Positions 47,094 to 61,203 of a stretch of 64,000 nucleotides of DNA are shown here, one piece after another. The stretch covers positions 310,001 through 374,000 of the forward strand of contig NW_003314384.1 of the NCBI RefSeq assembly GCF_000143415.4, given 5' to 3'. The notes beneath the pieces were generated by a model. The model was not told the DNA's origin. It did not search any database and was given only the letters and a program-made list of their open reading frames with translations. Each line of letters starts with the position of its first letter. Position 1 is the first letter of the stretch. A program made the position numbers and the translations under genes. The DNA is from Selaginella moellendorffii (lineage: Eukaryota > Plantae > Lycopodiophyta).

Positions 47094-49729
47094 TCAGGTG
47101 GTACCAACTTTGGACAGGGACTCGACGACATGCTTCATCTTGGGCCGCTGCTCTGGAGACGAAGAGACGCAGCGCAGAGCCAGCTGCAGCAGCTCCATGG
47201 CCTCCGCTTCGGCACGGATGCCAGCCATGAGCATCGTCGTTGTCATGCTGTTGCTGCTACTGCTGCTCCCTGTGGCATTGGCATTACTGCTGCTCGTACT
47301 GCTCGCACTGTTTGATGAATCGACACCGCCGTGCGGAGCAGCAGGTGGCTTCAAGAGCGGATCCCCATCGAAGCTTGCAACGGAGTATTTGGAGGAGGAA
47401 GACAGCAGCATCCTCCTCACGGCCAGCACCATGTCCACGTCCGAAGAGGCCAGGTGCGCAGATGCCGAGCCGGTTAACATCTCCATGAGGATCACACCGA
47501 ACGAGTAGACGTCCCACTTGTGCGTGGGCCGGGAATTGGGATGCGCCGCCTCGGGTGGCCGGTAGATGGACGCGGTGGCCGAGTACAAGCTCAGGCTGGA
47601 GCTGCTTCCGCCGCAGGATGGACCCACGTCCAGGTGCTGGTCCACGGCGGTGGGGACGTCCACGTTGGACCTGGAGGACCTGTTGCCAGGCGCCACGTCC
47701 GAGCGCAGGGAGGACGTGGAGGAGGAGAGCGTGTCGTGGCAGGCCAGGATCTCGGTGAGCCGCACGACACCGAAGTCGGCAATGCGGGCCGCGCGGTTGG
47801 CATCCAGCAGTATGTTGGACGGCTTGAGATTGCCGTGGATGTTTCTCATGCGTGCTGCCGTGCCGTCGTGGAGGAAGGACAGGCCGCGAGCTACGTCCTT
47901 GGCGATGCTCAGCCTCTGCGGCCACGACAGAAGCCACTCGTCGTCCGCTGCCGAGATCGCTGCTGTGCGTGTGTGCAGAAGTGAGTGAGGGAACAAATCC
48001 AAATCATCATCTTCGTACCTTGTTGCTGCTGGTGCTGGGTGCTGTCTTGCAAGCGGATCCAGTGCTGTTGGTGCTGCTCCATGGCGGCTGCCAAGCTCCC
48101 ATTGGGCATGAAGTCGTAGACGAGCAGCTTCTCGTTCATTCCCCAGTAGTAGGCTCGCAATGCAACGACGTTGGGGTGGCACAGCGAGCCGATTGCTTTC
48201 ACCTCCGACTCAAACTCCTTGACCACCTTCTTAGAGGCGGGGTTACTGGTGGTGGCATCCACGCCCGCTCCAAATTCTCCCTCCGCTCCCAGCCTTCGGA
48301 CCACCACCGTGAGGCCGCCATCCATGACGGCCTTGTACACAATGCCGGAGCTGCCCTTGCCAAGCACGTAGGCAGACGCGCGCAGGAGCGCATCCAGATC
48401 GAACTGCTTCTCGGATTCCTGGTCGAAGTGCACCAGTTCGCCACTCTCGCTGCCGACCACGCGATGCTTGTGCATGCTGGCGTTGTTGCCGCCACCTTCC
48501 TCATTGTCCGTGTCCTCCGACTCCGACTTGTCACCTCTAGCGCTGGCACAGCAGCAGCAGGAGCAGCATGGCCAGCATCGATGACCGATGCCCTTGCAGC
48601 TGGATGTCTTGGACCCCTTGCCATTCCTCCTACAGTAGAGGCAGTACGTGAGAGCGCAAGCAATGACCAAGATGCCCACTGAGTCGCCCACAGCGATGGC
48701 TACAACCTGCTTGGTGCCAAGCCGGCCACCACTGTTGCGGGTGGAGGCCGTGCTCGTGTTGGTGCTCGTGCTCGTGCCCGCACTCGTGCTAGGCGGGCCA
48801 GAGCCCGACGGACCTCCACCTCCAAACACGCCGTGCGGGGTGGTGGCGGCGTCGTCGCACTTGGTCTTGAGCGGGAGCCCACAGAGGCCCGGGTTGCCGA
48901 GGAAGGCAGTGGGTCCTTGGTTGGACAGCGTGCCGTTGAGTGGAATGGGACCCGACAGATTGTTGAAGCTGAGATCTATGCTGAGAGAGATCGGGAGCCT
49001 GCCCAGCGATGGCGGGATCGGGCCCGAGAGGTTGTTGTCCGAGAGGTTGAGCGTGCCTTGCAGCTGGAGCAAGCCGCCAAGGTCGTCGGGGATGGCGCCC
49101 GTCAGCCGGTTGCTGGAGAGATCCAGGCGGAGGAGTGGCGCCCGGGACAGCCCCAGAGGAATGCCACCCGTGAGGCGGTTGCCGCTGAGGACGAGCGAGT
49201 GGAGGGCGGTGCACGAGGCGATGGAGTCGGGTATGGTGGCCGAGAAGCCGTTGCCCGACAGATCGAGCGTGTCGAGGCTGGCGGCGGTGCCGCAGATGGA
49301 GGCGGGCAGGGGCCCCGAGAGATCATTGTCGGAGAGGAGGAGCGTCTGGAGGGCCGAGGCGTTGAAGAGCGCGGGCGGGAGGCCCCCAATGAGCTGGTTC
49401 TGGCGGAGGTTGAGGTGCTCGAGGTAGGAGAGCGAGCCCAGGTCGGGCGACATGGATCCCACCAGCTGCTTCTTGGCCAGCATGACGCCCTGCACGCGCG
49501 GCTCCGACTCGCCACGAATGCTGGCGCAGCTGATGCCGCTCCACCGGCACGGGGTGGCGTCCGACTCGTCCCAGTCCGACAGCGCTCTCTCGGGGTCGCT
49601 GAAGATGCCGCGCTTGAATGCCACCAGGCTCAACCCGTCCGAATTCAGGGCCAGTGCGTGCTCTACCAGCAGCACCAGCACCGCTGCTGCTGCCAGCCAC
49701 CACACCGCCACCATCGCCGAGCAAATCAT
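47094..49729 (-). CDS. LRR-III receptor-like kinase (ZAR1-like); one intron at 47963-48018
   Basis: Signal peptide, LNSDGLSL, WDESDATPCRWSG, LRRs, AFLGNPGLCG, TM, FDLDALLRASAYVLGK, HGNLKPSN, DFG, KWDVYSFGVILMEMLTG. Confidence 0.93.
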
Positions 49730-50632
49730 CCAAGGCTATCTACGTTGTGCTAGCTCCTCCGGGACCTACGGGGTAGTGCCCACATTGCCTCGACAACAAC
49801 AAACCTGAGAGGCCTGAAAGGCCTGGTGGCGGGTGCTGTTGCTCCTCCATCCCCGCATTAGTGCTTAGCTATCCACGAGAATGGATGGATCCCGGGGTAA
49901 ATTTGTCCAGATAGCAATGAGATGGATCCCAGGAGGATTAGAAGAGCGGACATTGCTTTCCAACTTTCCGTCGCACGCACCAAACTCTTTTATGGGCAGC
50001 TGCAACTGCGCAACCGGAATCAAGGGGGCGATGCCAAAAAGCCCAAAAGGCCCGCGAAGCCAAAGTGGAAACAACGCAGAGCTGTATGTGAGTTGTGTGT
50101 CGGGCGCCATGACCGAGCAAGAGCAGCGCTCCATCCCCACCGTTGAATCCCCCGCCTCCATCCCGGCCGTTGGTGCCATTGCCAGGACAAGACAAAGCTT
50201 TGCAGGCTTCGATTTTCTTTCTTGTTTTTATGGGTAGGATCTCCACTCGCAGTGATTGCCTGCGAATGGAGAAGATGTTTTCGAAGCTTGCACTGTTATT
50301 TTTTTAGAAAGTCACACACACTCCTCACTAGGCGCATAGCAGCGAGCGAACAGTATAGCCTTTCAAACTGTCCATAAACAATTCACCATGCCATTTGTTT
50401 AGCCTCTAAAATATGCCGCGAATCAAACACGACGTACCTGTGGAAACGGTCACTTGGATCGTGGTCGATTGATCTCCGGTGACTGACTTGTGTGCATGAC
50501 GAGTGAGACAAGTTAATTGTGAGGACGCAGCTCCTTTGTCATCAAAGTTTTTAGTTCCTCAGGTCGAGGAGCAAGCTCAGCTATCTCAGCCTCTCTAAGC
50601 TCTCGACTGGTTTGCTTGTTTCTCAGTCCAGA

Positions 50633-52043
50633 TTACCGGACCTCTGGACAAAGATATCTTCAAAACCAAACTTTTTGTGGTATCGCTTCCACCCTGCTGC
50701 GTTACTCACCGCCCTGACCAGCGTCGCCCGGCATCAGGAGAGCATCGTAGTGTCCAAACCCATGGTACAACACTCTGATGGGATTTCCTTTGCCTTTCCC
50801 GTATTCTTGCCCGTACTCTGCAATCGCTATGACACCGTTCGAGCGTTCATCGGCCATGTAAACTGTGATCGGCAACCTGGATCCAAACATAAGTGAGCCC
50901 AATGAAAGAAAGATAGCTTGTTACCCGAGGACATGTGATAGCATGAGGAGCTCCGGCTCGCCGCCCCACACGTTTGCTTGCCTCATCCGTCTTGTGTACT
51001 CGTCGAAATCGCCTTCAATGAACCTGCTTTTCAAGTGAGATGAGAATGAATGTCGGTCTCCCATCTTACCATTCCGACTCCGCACGGCGCTTGACGAGTT
51101 CATCCACAACCTTCCGAGGCGCAGGAATCAACCAAAGCAAGTCAGACAAACGAACCAAGCACAATGCCAAACCTTTTCCCGCAAATTGTCTGCAAGTTCT
51201 CTCTGCGTTTCCTCGTCTGGCGTTGGCTTGCCCTGTTTGGTGCACCAACCGTGAGCCACAGCACGAAAAAGACAGCGTCCATCTCCAGGAATGCCTTGAC
51301 ACCACCACCACCAGCGTCACCTCTTGAGCTACCTTATACATACTGGGTTGCGCGGGCAACGTACCTATGACCGCAAACTCCTTGTGAACCTTTTTGCCGT
51401 GGGTGAGGGATTGATCGAGAGAGGAGGGAGCCTCGCAGCATGCTATGGACCTCATGCCGGACGCTACCGCGGCAGAGAAGCACGAACAAAAGCCAAACAG
51501 GAGCCACGCCGAGTGCCTCCCTTGGAGCCAGCGTGCCGGGCGTGCATCCCCTGCCACATTCCACGATCCATTGCTGAAAGCTGTGGCGGCGGAGAGGCGA
51601 TACGGGCTGGAGCTGGAGGTGGAGCTGCTAGGCAGGAGAGCGTGCCAAATGGTTGCAGCGCCCAGCTCGCCGTGACTGGCCAGAACGCATGAGCTCGAGT
51701 GGAAGCGCGGCTGCTGTGGCAGGAACGAGGAATGCGGGGGCGGCGATGGCGGCGATGGCGGCGGCGGGGTTTGGGCCAGCATCAGCATGGCGCCGCTCCG
51801 CCGCCCATGGCCAGCTCGAGAATGCGATGAGGAGATGAGCTTGTTGGCGGTGAAGAAGCGCGTGTTGATACCAAGGCACAAGAGCGACGAGGAGGAGGAG
51901 GAGGAGGCGCCCAACATCAGCCTGCTCTTGCTGTCCCGCTCCTCTACTGCCACAACGCACTGGACCTTCCTGTCGCCCTGGTGAGCGGCGTAGCGAGCGG
52001 AGGCGTGGTGGTGATCCTTGAGCCGTGGCGCTGCGCCATGCAT
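50633..52043 (-). CDS. OTU-domain deubiquitinase (OTU4-like); start may be 51917, stop 50633 or 50702
   Basis: GIPGDGRCLFRAVAHG, FIEGDFDEY, VWGGEPELLMLSHVL, VLYHGFGHYDAL. N-terminal SWNVAGDARPARWL...SAWLLFG. Confidence 0.9.
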
Positions 52044-52160
52044 TGCTCGATCGATGACCTAATCCATCCATGGGGAAGATATTTACATTAGCGATCTATC
52101 TAAATAACCGACAGTCGAGATCGCCCCAAGGGTTTAGGGTTTGTGGGCTGCGGCGACGAA

Positions 52161-53862
52161 ATGGTGTTCTGGGGTAAGCCGCTTCGCCTCCCTTGGCCTG
52201 CCGTGACGTTTCTCCATCGCTCCCAGGTGCGAAGCTCAAGCCGAAGAAGCCTTTTCTCGTCGAGCGCGACGAGCTCGAAGGCCGGCGGCTGCATATCTCT
52301 CAGGTGGGTGATCCATTCCATCGCCAACAGAGGCTCAAAGCTTTTCGTTTGGTCTAGGCGACTCTGGGCCAAAATGCCAAGGATGGTGAGAGGAGTATTC
52401 TCAAATGCAAGGGTGGAGAGGGGCCGCCGGTCTTTGTGTGCTCGCTCAAGCCTGGACTTCACGAGACGTGCTATCTCGACCTCAACTTCGAGGACGACGT
52501 TGTCTTCTCCGTGACGGGCTCTACACCCATCCATCTCTCTGGCTACTACATGGAACCCTTCAGTGACGAAGACGACGACGAGAGCTACGATGGTGAAGAA
52601 GACGAGTTTGATCAAGAGTATGTATCCCTTTCTCTTGTCTCCAGTCTCCACGGGCGTTTACTCGTTGATCTTTTGTCAATATCAGCTTCATTGTCGATCC
52701 TGGAGAGGAAGACGATGACGAGGAGGACGATGAGGACCTAGAAGAGGAGCGCCTTGGATCCGGAGGTGAGCTCTCTTCGTAATTTATCAGCAAGTCGTGG
52801 TATGATGGCGTTCGACTTGGCAGTGAAGATTGAGGAGATCACTAACGACGACGAGCCTGAAAAGGCGCTTCCTGCTCCGGCTAAAGCAAACACTGAAACA
52901 CAGCCGGCTCAGGATCAGAAGGACGACAAGGAGGAGGAGGAGGAGGAGGAGAAGAGTGAAGACGAGGATGGCTTCGCCTTGCCGTCCAAGAGGAAAGCCG
53001 CCTCTGCCGAGTTGCCGAAGAAAAGCGCCAAGACGTCTGTCAGGTACACCAAGGTTTCATTAGTAATAACAACTGGAGCTAATGCTCTTTGCAGTGACAC
53101 GCCAACCAGCCCTGGCGAAGCAAAGAAGAACAAGAAGAAGAAGGGCAAAAAGGCAGCAAACCAGGAGGAGGGTGTGCCGGAAGGGAATGGCGACGGCAAG
53201 CTCCAGGAGAAGAAGGCTAGAAAGAAGGACAAGGCGGCCAAGAAGTTCCCGAATGGCCTCGAAGTTCAGGACTTGGCACTTGGCAAGCCCGACGGCAAGC
53301 AAGCCAAGCCGGGGAAGAAGGTAAAGCGGTGACGCCGGTCGCATTCCTTTCGCATACTTGCACGATTGGTCCCTGAGTCTTGGTGCAGGTCCTGATTAAC
53401 TACGTCGGAAAGCTTAAGTCGAATGGGAAGATATTTGACAGCACCATAGGCAGAAAGCCATTCCGTTTCAGATTGGGTTAGCGTCTTGCTTGTGCTGGCT
53501 GCCGATGCTTGCTGTTTTCCTCCTTTGTGGCCGAGAAAAGAGATCTAACTTGTGGCACTTGGTTCTTGCAGGGGTTAACGAAGTAGTCAAGGGCTTCGAC
53601 GTGGGTGTCAATGGTAAGATGCGTGAGCTCTCTCTCCCTTCGTCTTTTGATACAAATCCTCGATTCTTTCTTGCAGGAATGAGAGTAGGAGACAAGAGGA
53701 GAGTTGTGATTCCTCCATCCATGGGGTGAGTGAATCACGATGTCAATGCATCTGATATGGTTTTGCTAAATTTCTCGGCGCAGGTATGGTGCGAGGGCTG
53801 TCGGATCAATCCCACCAAACTCATGGTTGGTTTTTGAAATCGAGCTTGTTGATGTTGCTTAG
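52161..53862 (+). CDS. FKBP53: FKBP53-like nucleoplasmin-domain histone chaperone/PPIase
   Basis: MVFWG, LHISQATLG, IHLSGYY, acidic and basic linker, [56 protein letters not shown]. Telo-box TTAGGGTTT at 52134. Confidence 0.93.
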
Positions 53863-54201
53863 CTTAAGTTCGGAGTTAATTTAACGGTGGGTTTTGCGCA
53901 AATCCGTGTGACGTGTTGTCCAGCGGCGTCATTTCGTGACGTGGCACGGCAAACCTTATCCTCAACGCCACGCTGGCAGCATCGTGGCCGTTAATTGGAT
54001 CTTTCTCTTTTACCCTGTTCTTTATTTCGCCCGGGCCAAGATGAAGATGGTGTGTGGTCACTTTCGTCCGCCGTCTCCATCGTGACCCAGGCCAGGCCAG
54101 GCCCTGCAAATCAAGTGTAGAGCTTAAGGGTGAGCGAGCGAGCGAGCTCCAATTTGTCTCCCAGCCAAGCCAGACAAGCCAGACGAGAGAGGAGGAAGGC
54201 A

Positions 54202-54327
54202 ATGGCAGCAGATCTGAAGCCCTTAGGGTTCCTCATTCGCTGCTTGGCTGGGTGCTCGAGTGCCGGAGGCCGGGGCAAGCCATGGAAAGGCTTGGTGTCC
54301 AGGGAATTGGGGCAGGGAGGTAGCTAA
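54202..54327 (+). promoter_or_regulatory. 41-codon uORF upstream of the MYB gene
   Basis: gcaATGGCA context. MAADLKPLGFLIRCL...LVSRELGQGGS*, ending 43 bp before the main ATG. Confidence 0.4.
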
Positions 54328-54370
54328 ACAAGGCACGCAGAGGTTGTTTGTGACAGTAGCAGCAGCGTGG

Positions 54371-55542
54371 ATGGCAGCGGCTGCCTCCGCCGCCTCCAGT
54401 AGCGCAGCCAACTCTTGTACCTCGCCCGGCGCCGCCGCCGCCACCTCCAAGTGGAGCAGCGAGCAGGACAAGCTGTTTGAGAAAGCTCTTGCCGGGTGGG
54501 AGGACAAGTGTGATGATCCCGAGGGTGTGGCGGGCAGCCGGTGGGAGGCAGTGGCGGCGTTGGTGCCTGGAAAGACCGCCGCCGACGTCCGGGCTCACTA
54601 CGAGCTGCTGCTGCGCGACATCTCGAGCATTGAGGCCGGGCTGATTGCGCTGCCGTGCTACAGTCCCAGGGATGCGCTGCTCGTCAAGGACAGCAGCTTG
54701 GCCCTGGACAAGAAGCTCGGGCTGCCTTCCTCCTCTTGCTCGTCTCCTGCCTATCTCCACCATCACCAGCAGCACCACGGCCACCACCACCATGCCGCTG
54801 CCAATGGGAGCTCCTCTAGCGCCACCCCGGCTGTCAACAACGCTTCCAATTCCAACTCCAACAACCATGCCAGTGCTGGTTCCTCCTCCAAGAGCAAGGC
54901 CCAGGATCAGGAGCGCAGGAAAGGCATCCCATGGACCGAAGACGAGCACAGGTGCGATTCTTGTCACCTCTCTCCCTCTCTCCCTCTCCCTCTTTTCTCT
55001 CGTCCATGCAAAGCTTACTGACGTGTTTGCTATCACACCTCCTCCTACCTAGGCTCTTCTTGCTGGGACTGGAGAAGTTCGGCAAAGGGGACTGGCGGAG
55101 TATCTCGAGGAACTTTGTGGTGTCACGAACACCCACACAGGTGGCCAGCCACGCTCAAAAGTATTTCATTCGCCTCAACTCCATCCACAAGGACAAGCGG
55201 CGGACGAGCATCCATGATATCACCAGCGTCAATGGTGACGGAAGGCAGCAAGCGCAGGGCCCGATAACAGGGCAGGGAGCAGCGGGAGGTGGTGGAGGCG
55301 GCGGCGGAGGCGGTGGTGGTGGGGGAGCATCCTCCTCCGCGTCGACGGGGGCGGCAACAGCGCCTGGTGCTTACTCGCAACCTCCTGCGGTTGGAACTCC
55401 GGTCCCGGTTGTTCACCACGGAGCTTACGCAGTGGCAGCAGGAAGAGGTCACGTATCGAGCAGGCCGGTTCCAGGTACTCCTCTCAATGTTGCTCATCCT
55501 CATATGGCGTACCCCATGCCGCAGCCCGCGATGCATCACTAA
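54371..55542 (+). CDS. DIVARICATA-like R-R-type MYB (SHAQKYF class), 2 exons
   Basis: [28 protein letters not shown]|[47 protein letters not shown]. Confidence 0.93.
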
Positions 55543-55759
55543 ACAGCTACCCGGAAGTGAGCAGCTAGCCTAGACGACGAAAGATTCATCATTCCTTCCA
55601 ATCTCAAAAAACCAACCTGTACATTAGATTTCCATGCAGGATGATTAATGGGTTTATTCCGTACGGAAAGAAGATAGCAAGGGTCACCCCGGGTATATTC
55701 CGTCCATGAGTTAGTTAGCTAACGGCCGGCAAGTCGGCTGACCGGGATTTCCGGCGTAG

Positions 55760-57406
<1,647 letters not shown>

Positions 57407-57477
57407 AGCTAACGCTACTAAGTAGCTAGCTCACTAACGAAAGAAACCAAATCTGGGAGAATGCTAGGAATCTAAGT

Positions 57478-59496
57478 TCACGCTAGCACTGTGCTGGCCA
57501 GCAATGCATACGAAGCCGCATTCTCGGGGCTGTCCTCAAGGGCACGTTTAGCAACGCGAGCGGTCGAGCCATGCCTAAATGCGAATGTCTCATGGCCGCT
57601 CCTGCTAGCCCCCAGCAATGATCTGCACTCGGACGAGTCAGGAACAAACGGCATGTTGTGCATGAGCTCTTCCGCTTGAATCAAATGCCCCGCCCGCCCC
57701 AAGAGGTCCACCATGCAGCAATAGTGCTGCTTGGTGGCGCAAAGGCCGAAGTCCATGCTCATGGAGATGAAGCAGCTCCTGCCCATGTACACCTCGCCTA
57801 ACTGGCCGCAAGCAACGAGAGCCGAGACAAAGCATGCCTCGTCCGGAGGCGTTCTCGTCTTCAACTCATTGAACAAACCAAAAGCGGAGTTCGAATGTCC
57901 GTTTCGGACGTATGCAGCTAGCATGGCACTCGACGAGATCACGTCCGTATCTGGCATTGTATCAAACAGCTCCTTGGCCACATCCATGTTACCATTGAGA
58001 GCATATGCAACCAGCAAGACCGTCCAGGAAAGGACATTTCGCCATGGCATACGCCTGAAGCACATCTGGGCTTCCTGGAGCTGCCCGCATCGTCCATACG
58101 TGGACAGGAGAGCATTCCAAGAGACGATGTCCCGATCGGGCATGGCATCAAACAGGCGCTTGGCGTCTTGGTCATGGCCGCCCTGCGCATATGCAGACAG
58201 CATGCAGTTTGCCGATATGATATCGCGCTGAGGCATGGTATCATAAACGTGCTTGGTCTGCTCCAGCAGCACCAGCAATTCCCCTGTGCTAGTCGAGTAC
58301 GCGGACATAGTTTGAGTGTATGCAAACAGCAAGGTGTTCCAAGACACAAGGTTCTGCTGAGGCATCTCTTCGAGCAGCAGCTTCACTTGGTGCAGCTTGC
58401 CCTGCTCCGCTTGTGCCCCCAGCATTGTGTTCCACGAGACTAAGTCGTGGCAAGGCATTCTGGTGTAGAGGCGCTCCACGCTGCTGAATTCCTGCTTGTG
58501 GGAGTACATAGCAAGCATGGCATTCCATGACACGACGTCCCGCCGTGGCATGCTGTGGAAGAGAGCCTCCGCTTCATTCGATTGCCCGTTGTGAGCACAA
58601 GCAGAGAGCATGGAGTTGGTCGTCACAAGGTTGTGCTGCGGCATCGAGTAGAAAATGTCTCTGGCCTGCTGCAGGCAACCGGTGTGTGCGTACACGAACA
58701 GAGCAACGTTGTGCGATACCATGTCGTGCTGTGGCATCCTATCATACACCACTTTAGAGCTTTCCAAATCCCGGACATGGGCAAATGCCGAAAGCATGAC
58801 GTTCCAGGACACGAGATTGTGCTGCGGCATCTGTTCAAACATGTGTTCAACCATCTCCGGCTGACCTGCTTTAGAAAAGCCAGAAAGCACCGCGGTCCAA
58901 GATATCAAGTCTCTCTCGGGCATCTGGTTAAAGATGGCGACGGCGTTGCCAACGTGCCCGTTTCCCGCATATGCAGTCACTAGAGCATTCCAAGACGGCA
59001 ATGCCCTCAGCGGCATGGTGTCAAACAAGAGCTGGGCACTGGTAACGTCCCCATTTTCCGCATATGCAGTGATCATTGCATTCCAAGCGACGAGGTTGGG
59101 CTCCTGCATCTCGTCAAAGAGCTGCTTGGCTTGACACAGGTGCCCAGTGTCGGCATAGGCCACGAGCATGGCATTCCAGGACACTTGGTCGCGCAGAGGC
59201 ATCTCGTCAAACGCCTGCCGCGCTTGCCCGATGTCGCCGCAGCGAGCATAAGTAACAAGCATCACGGTCCAAGATATCAAGTCTCGCTCCGCCAGCGGCA
59301 TTGCATCAAACAGCCTCTTGGCCTGGCCAACATGCCCACCACGGCAGTAGGCTGATAGCAGCTGGTTCCGCGACACAACATCCGAAACCATGACGCAGTC
59401 TTTGGCTTGTTGATCATGAGACGCTGGGCGGCCAGGCTTTCGCGGCCGATGGCGCCGCCAGCATGGACTTGGCAGGCTCCCAGCAGGCTCTCCCAT
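57478..59496 (-). CDS. SS-rich PLS-E PPR protein (probable start 59391)
   Basis: About 17 short 31-aa repeats (MPxRDxVSWN), HYCCMVDLLGRAG, PENAASYALLAS. Confidence 0.9.
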   Translation of the reverse strand: MGEPAGSLPSPCWRRHRPRKPGRPASHDQQAKDCVMVSDVVSRNQLLSAYCRGGHVGQAKRLFDAMPLAERDLISWTVMLVTYARCGDIGQARQAFDEMPLRDQVSWNAMLVAYADTGHLCQAKQLFDEMQEPNLVAWNAMITAYAENGDVTSAQLLFDTMPLRALPSWNALVTAYAGNGHVGNAVAIFNQMPERDLISWTAVLSGFSKAGQPEMVEHMFEQMPQHNLVSWNVMLSAFAHVRDLESSKVVYDRMPQHDMVSHNVALFVYAHTGCLQQARDIFYSMPQHNLVTTNSMLSACAHNGQSNEAEALFHSMPRRDVVSWNAMLAMYSHKQEFSSVERLYTRMPCHDLVSWNTMLGAQAEQGKLHQVKLLLEEMPQQNLVSWNTLLFAYTQTMSAYSTSTGELLVLLEQTKHVYDTMPQRDIISANCMLSAYAQGGHDQDAKRLFDAMPDRDIVSWNALLSTYGRCGQLQEAQMCFRRMPWRNVLSWTVLLVAYALNGNMDVAKELFDTMPDTDVISSSAMLAAYVRNGHSNSAFGLFNELKTRTPPDEACFVSALVACGQLGEVYMGRSCFISMSMDFGLCATKQHYCCMVDLLGRAGHLIQAEELMHNMPFVPDSSECRSLLGASRSGHETFAFRHGSTARVAKRALEDSPENAASYALLASTVLA

Positions 59497-61184
59497 CCCG
59501 GGCCACCTCCATGCTCCTCCACAAGCTCCTGGGCGTTGCGCAGCTGCCCTGCACGGCCCAATATGTCAACCAGGCACGAGACGTGATGGGGCTGGGGCGT
59601 GATGCCGTGGTCCAGCATCATCGATACCATGGACTGGGACGCGGAGCTCACGGTCCCAATGTGGTTGCACGCGCAGAGGACGCTCAAGAGGGAGCTCCCA
59701 TTGGGTTGCAGCCCCAGGACGTGCATCGTGTGGAGGCAGTGAACGGAGGCGTTGACACGGGCGCAGTGGGCGTAGGCCACGACCATAACGTTCCACGACA
59801 CAGTGTCGCGCTCGGGCATCCTGGAGAAGAGCTGCGCCGCCAGGCCAATGTGCCCGGCCTGCGCATACGCCTCCACCATCACCGTCCACGACACGACGCT
59901 CCTGGCGGGTATGCCGCCGTCCACCGCCGCCATGACCCGCTCCGCCTCGCGCGCATCCCCGCTCCTGCAGTGCATGGCCGCAAGTGCCGTCCACATGTCC
60001 GGGTTCCGCTCGGGAGCGCATGCAAACAGCCATATCGCCTCCTCAGCCCGCCCGCTCTCGGCAAATCCCAGCAGCATAACCGTCCACGCCACCACGTCCC
60101 GCTCTGGCATCCACTCGAACATGCGCTTCGCCTCTTGCAGCTGCCCCCAGCGAGTGTAAGCCTGCAGCACGCACGTCCATGATACCACATTCCACTCGGG
60201 CATCTTCTCCTCGAATGCCAACTTTGCGGCCGCCAGGCTGTGCGAGTGGACCTGGGACGCCAGCAGCGCGTTCCAGGACAGCATGTTTAGCTCAGGCATG
60301 GCGCCGTTATACACGTCCAGTGCTCCGGCAGCGTCGCCGCATTGCACATACGCCTGAAGCATGGCGGTGCAAGTCACCACATTCCGCTCCGGCATCGCAT
60401 CGAACACGGACCTCGCTGCCGCCACATCTCCCACCGCGGCATACGCCTGTAGCAGGCTCGTACACGACACGATGTTCCTCTCGAGCATGGCGTCGAACAC
60501 GGATCGCGCTCGCTCCACATCGCCCACTCGCGCGTAGCCAACAACAATCGTGTTCCACGACACTACATTGTGCTCTGGAAGCCTCTCCAGCATACATCCG
60601 GCCTCCGCCATGTACCCACCGTGGGCATAACCGGAAAGCATTGCGTTCCATGATAAGAGGTTGCGATTGGGCATCGTATCGAACAAGAGCTTGGCCTCCT
60701 TGAGGCGTGCTGTTTTGGAGCAGACTGTGATCATGGTATTCCACGAGACTGTGTTTGGCGCAGGCATTCTGTCAAAGAGTGCCTTGGCCTCATCCACAAG
60801 CAAATCCTTGGCATACGCGGCGATGATGATGTTCCAGGAGAAGACATCCGGCTCCCGGATGGAGTCAAATGCTGCTCGAGCATCTCTTAGATGGCCACAT
60901 TGCCCATACATTCGGACAATGAGGTTGGCTAGGTAGACGCTGTTGCGGTGCTTGGGACCGGCAAGGATACGTGCATGGAGGCGCTTACCATGAGTCGGAT
61001 CGCCACACGAGCGCAGCAGCCGTGCCAGCGCCTCTTCGTCTTCTTCTTCTTCATGTAACAGTTGCGGTGCACTGGATGCCCCGCCGGGCGGCTCCTCTTC
61101 GGAATGCTCTTGCCCTCCTGCCGATAGCCCGCCCCTTGCGAAAGATCTGTATGCTGGTGTCGAAGGAGGAGCCAACACCACCAT
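59277..61184 (-). CDS. SS-rich PLS PPR protein with degenerate E domain, overlapping the next PPR gene
   Basis: YLANLIVRMYGQCG, MPERNVVSW repeats, HHVSCLVDILGRAGQL, WESLLGACQVH. Confidence 0.88.
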   Translation of the reverse strand: MVVLAPPSTPAYRSFARGGLSAGGQEHSEEEPPGGASSAPQLLHEEEEDEEALARLLRSCGDPTHGKRLHARILAGPKHRNSVYLANLIVRMYGQCGHLRDARAAFDSIREPDVFSWNIIIAAYAKDLLVDEAKALFDRMPAPNTVSWNTMITVCSKTARLKEAKLLFDTMPNRNLLSWNAMLSGYAHGGYMAEAGCMLERLPEHNVVSWNTIVVGYARVGDVERARSVFDAMLERNIVSCTSLLQAYAAVGDVAAARSVFDAMPERNVVTCTAMLQAYVQCGDAAGALDVYNGAMPELNMLSWNALLASQVHSHSLAAAKLAFEEKMPEWNVVSWTCVLQAYTRWGQLQEAKRMFEWMPERDVVAWTVMLLGFAESGRAEEAIWLFACAPERNPDMWTALAAMHCRSGDAREAERVMAAVDGGIPARSVVSWTVMVEAYAQAGHIGLAAQLFSRMPERDTVSWNVMVVAYAHCARVNASVHCLHTMHVLGLQPNGSSLLSVLCACNHIGTVSSASQSMVSMMLDHGITPQPHHVSCLVDILGRAGQLRNAQELVEEHGGGPGWESLLGACQVHAGGAIGRESLAAQRLMINKPKTASWFRMLCRGTSCYQPTAVVGMLARPRGCLMQCRWRSET

Positions 61185-61203
61185 CGCTAGCCACTGCTAT
61201 GAA

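Noticed and set aside
47909-48182. Apparent frameshift in the LRR-RLK
   Set aside because: Explained by a 56-nt GT-AG intron (47963-48018).
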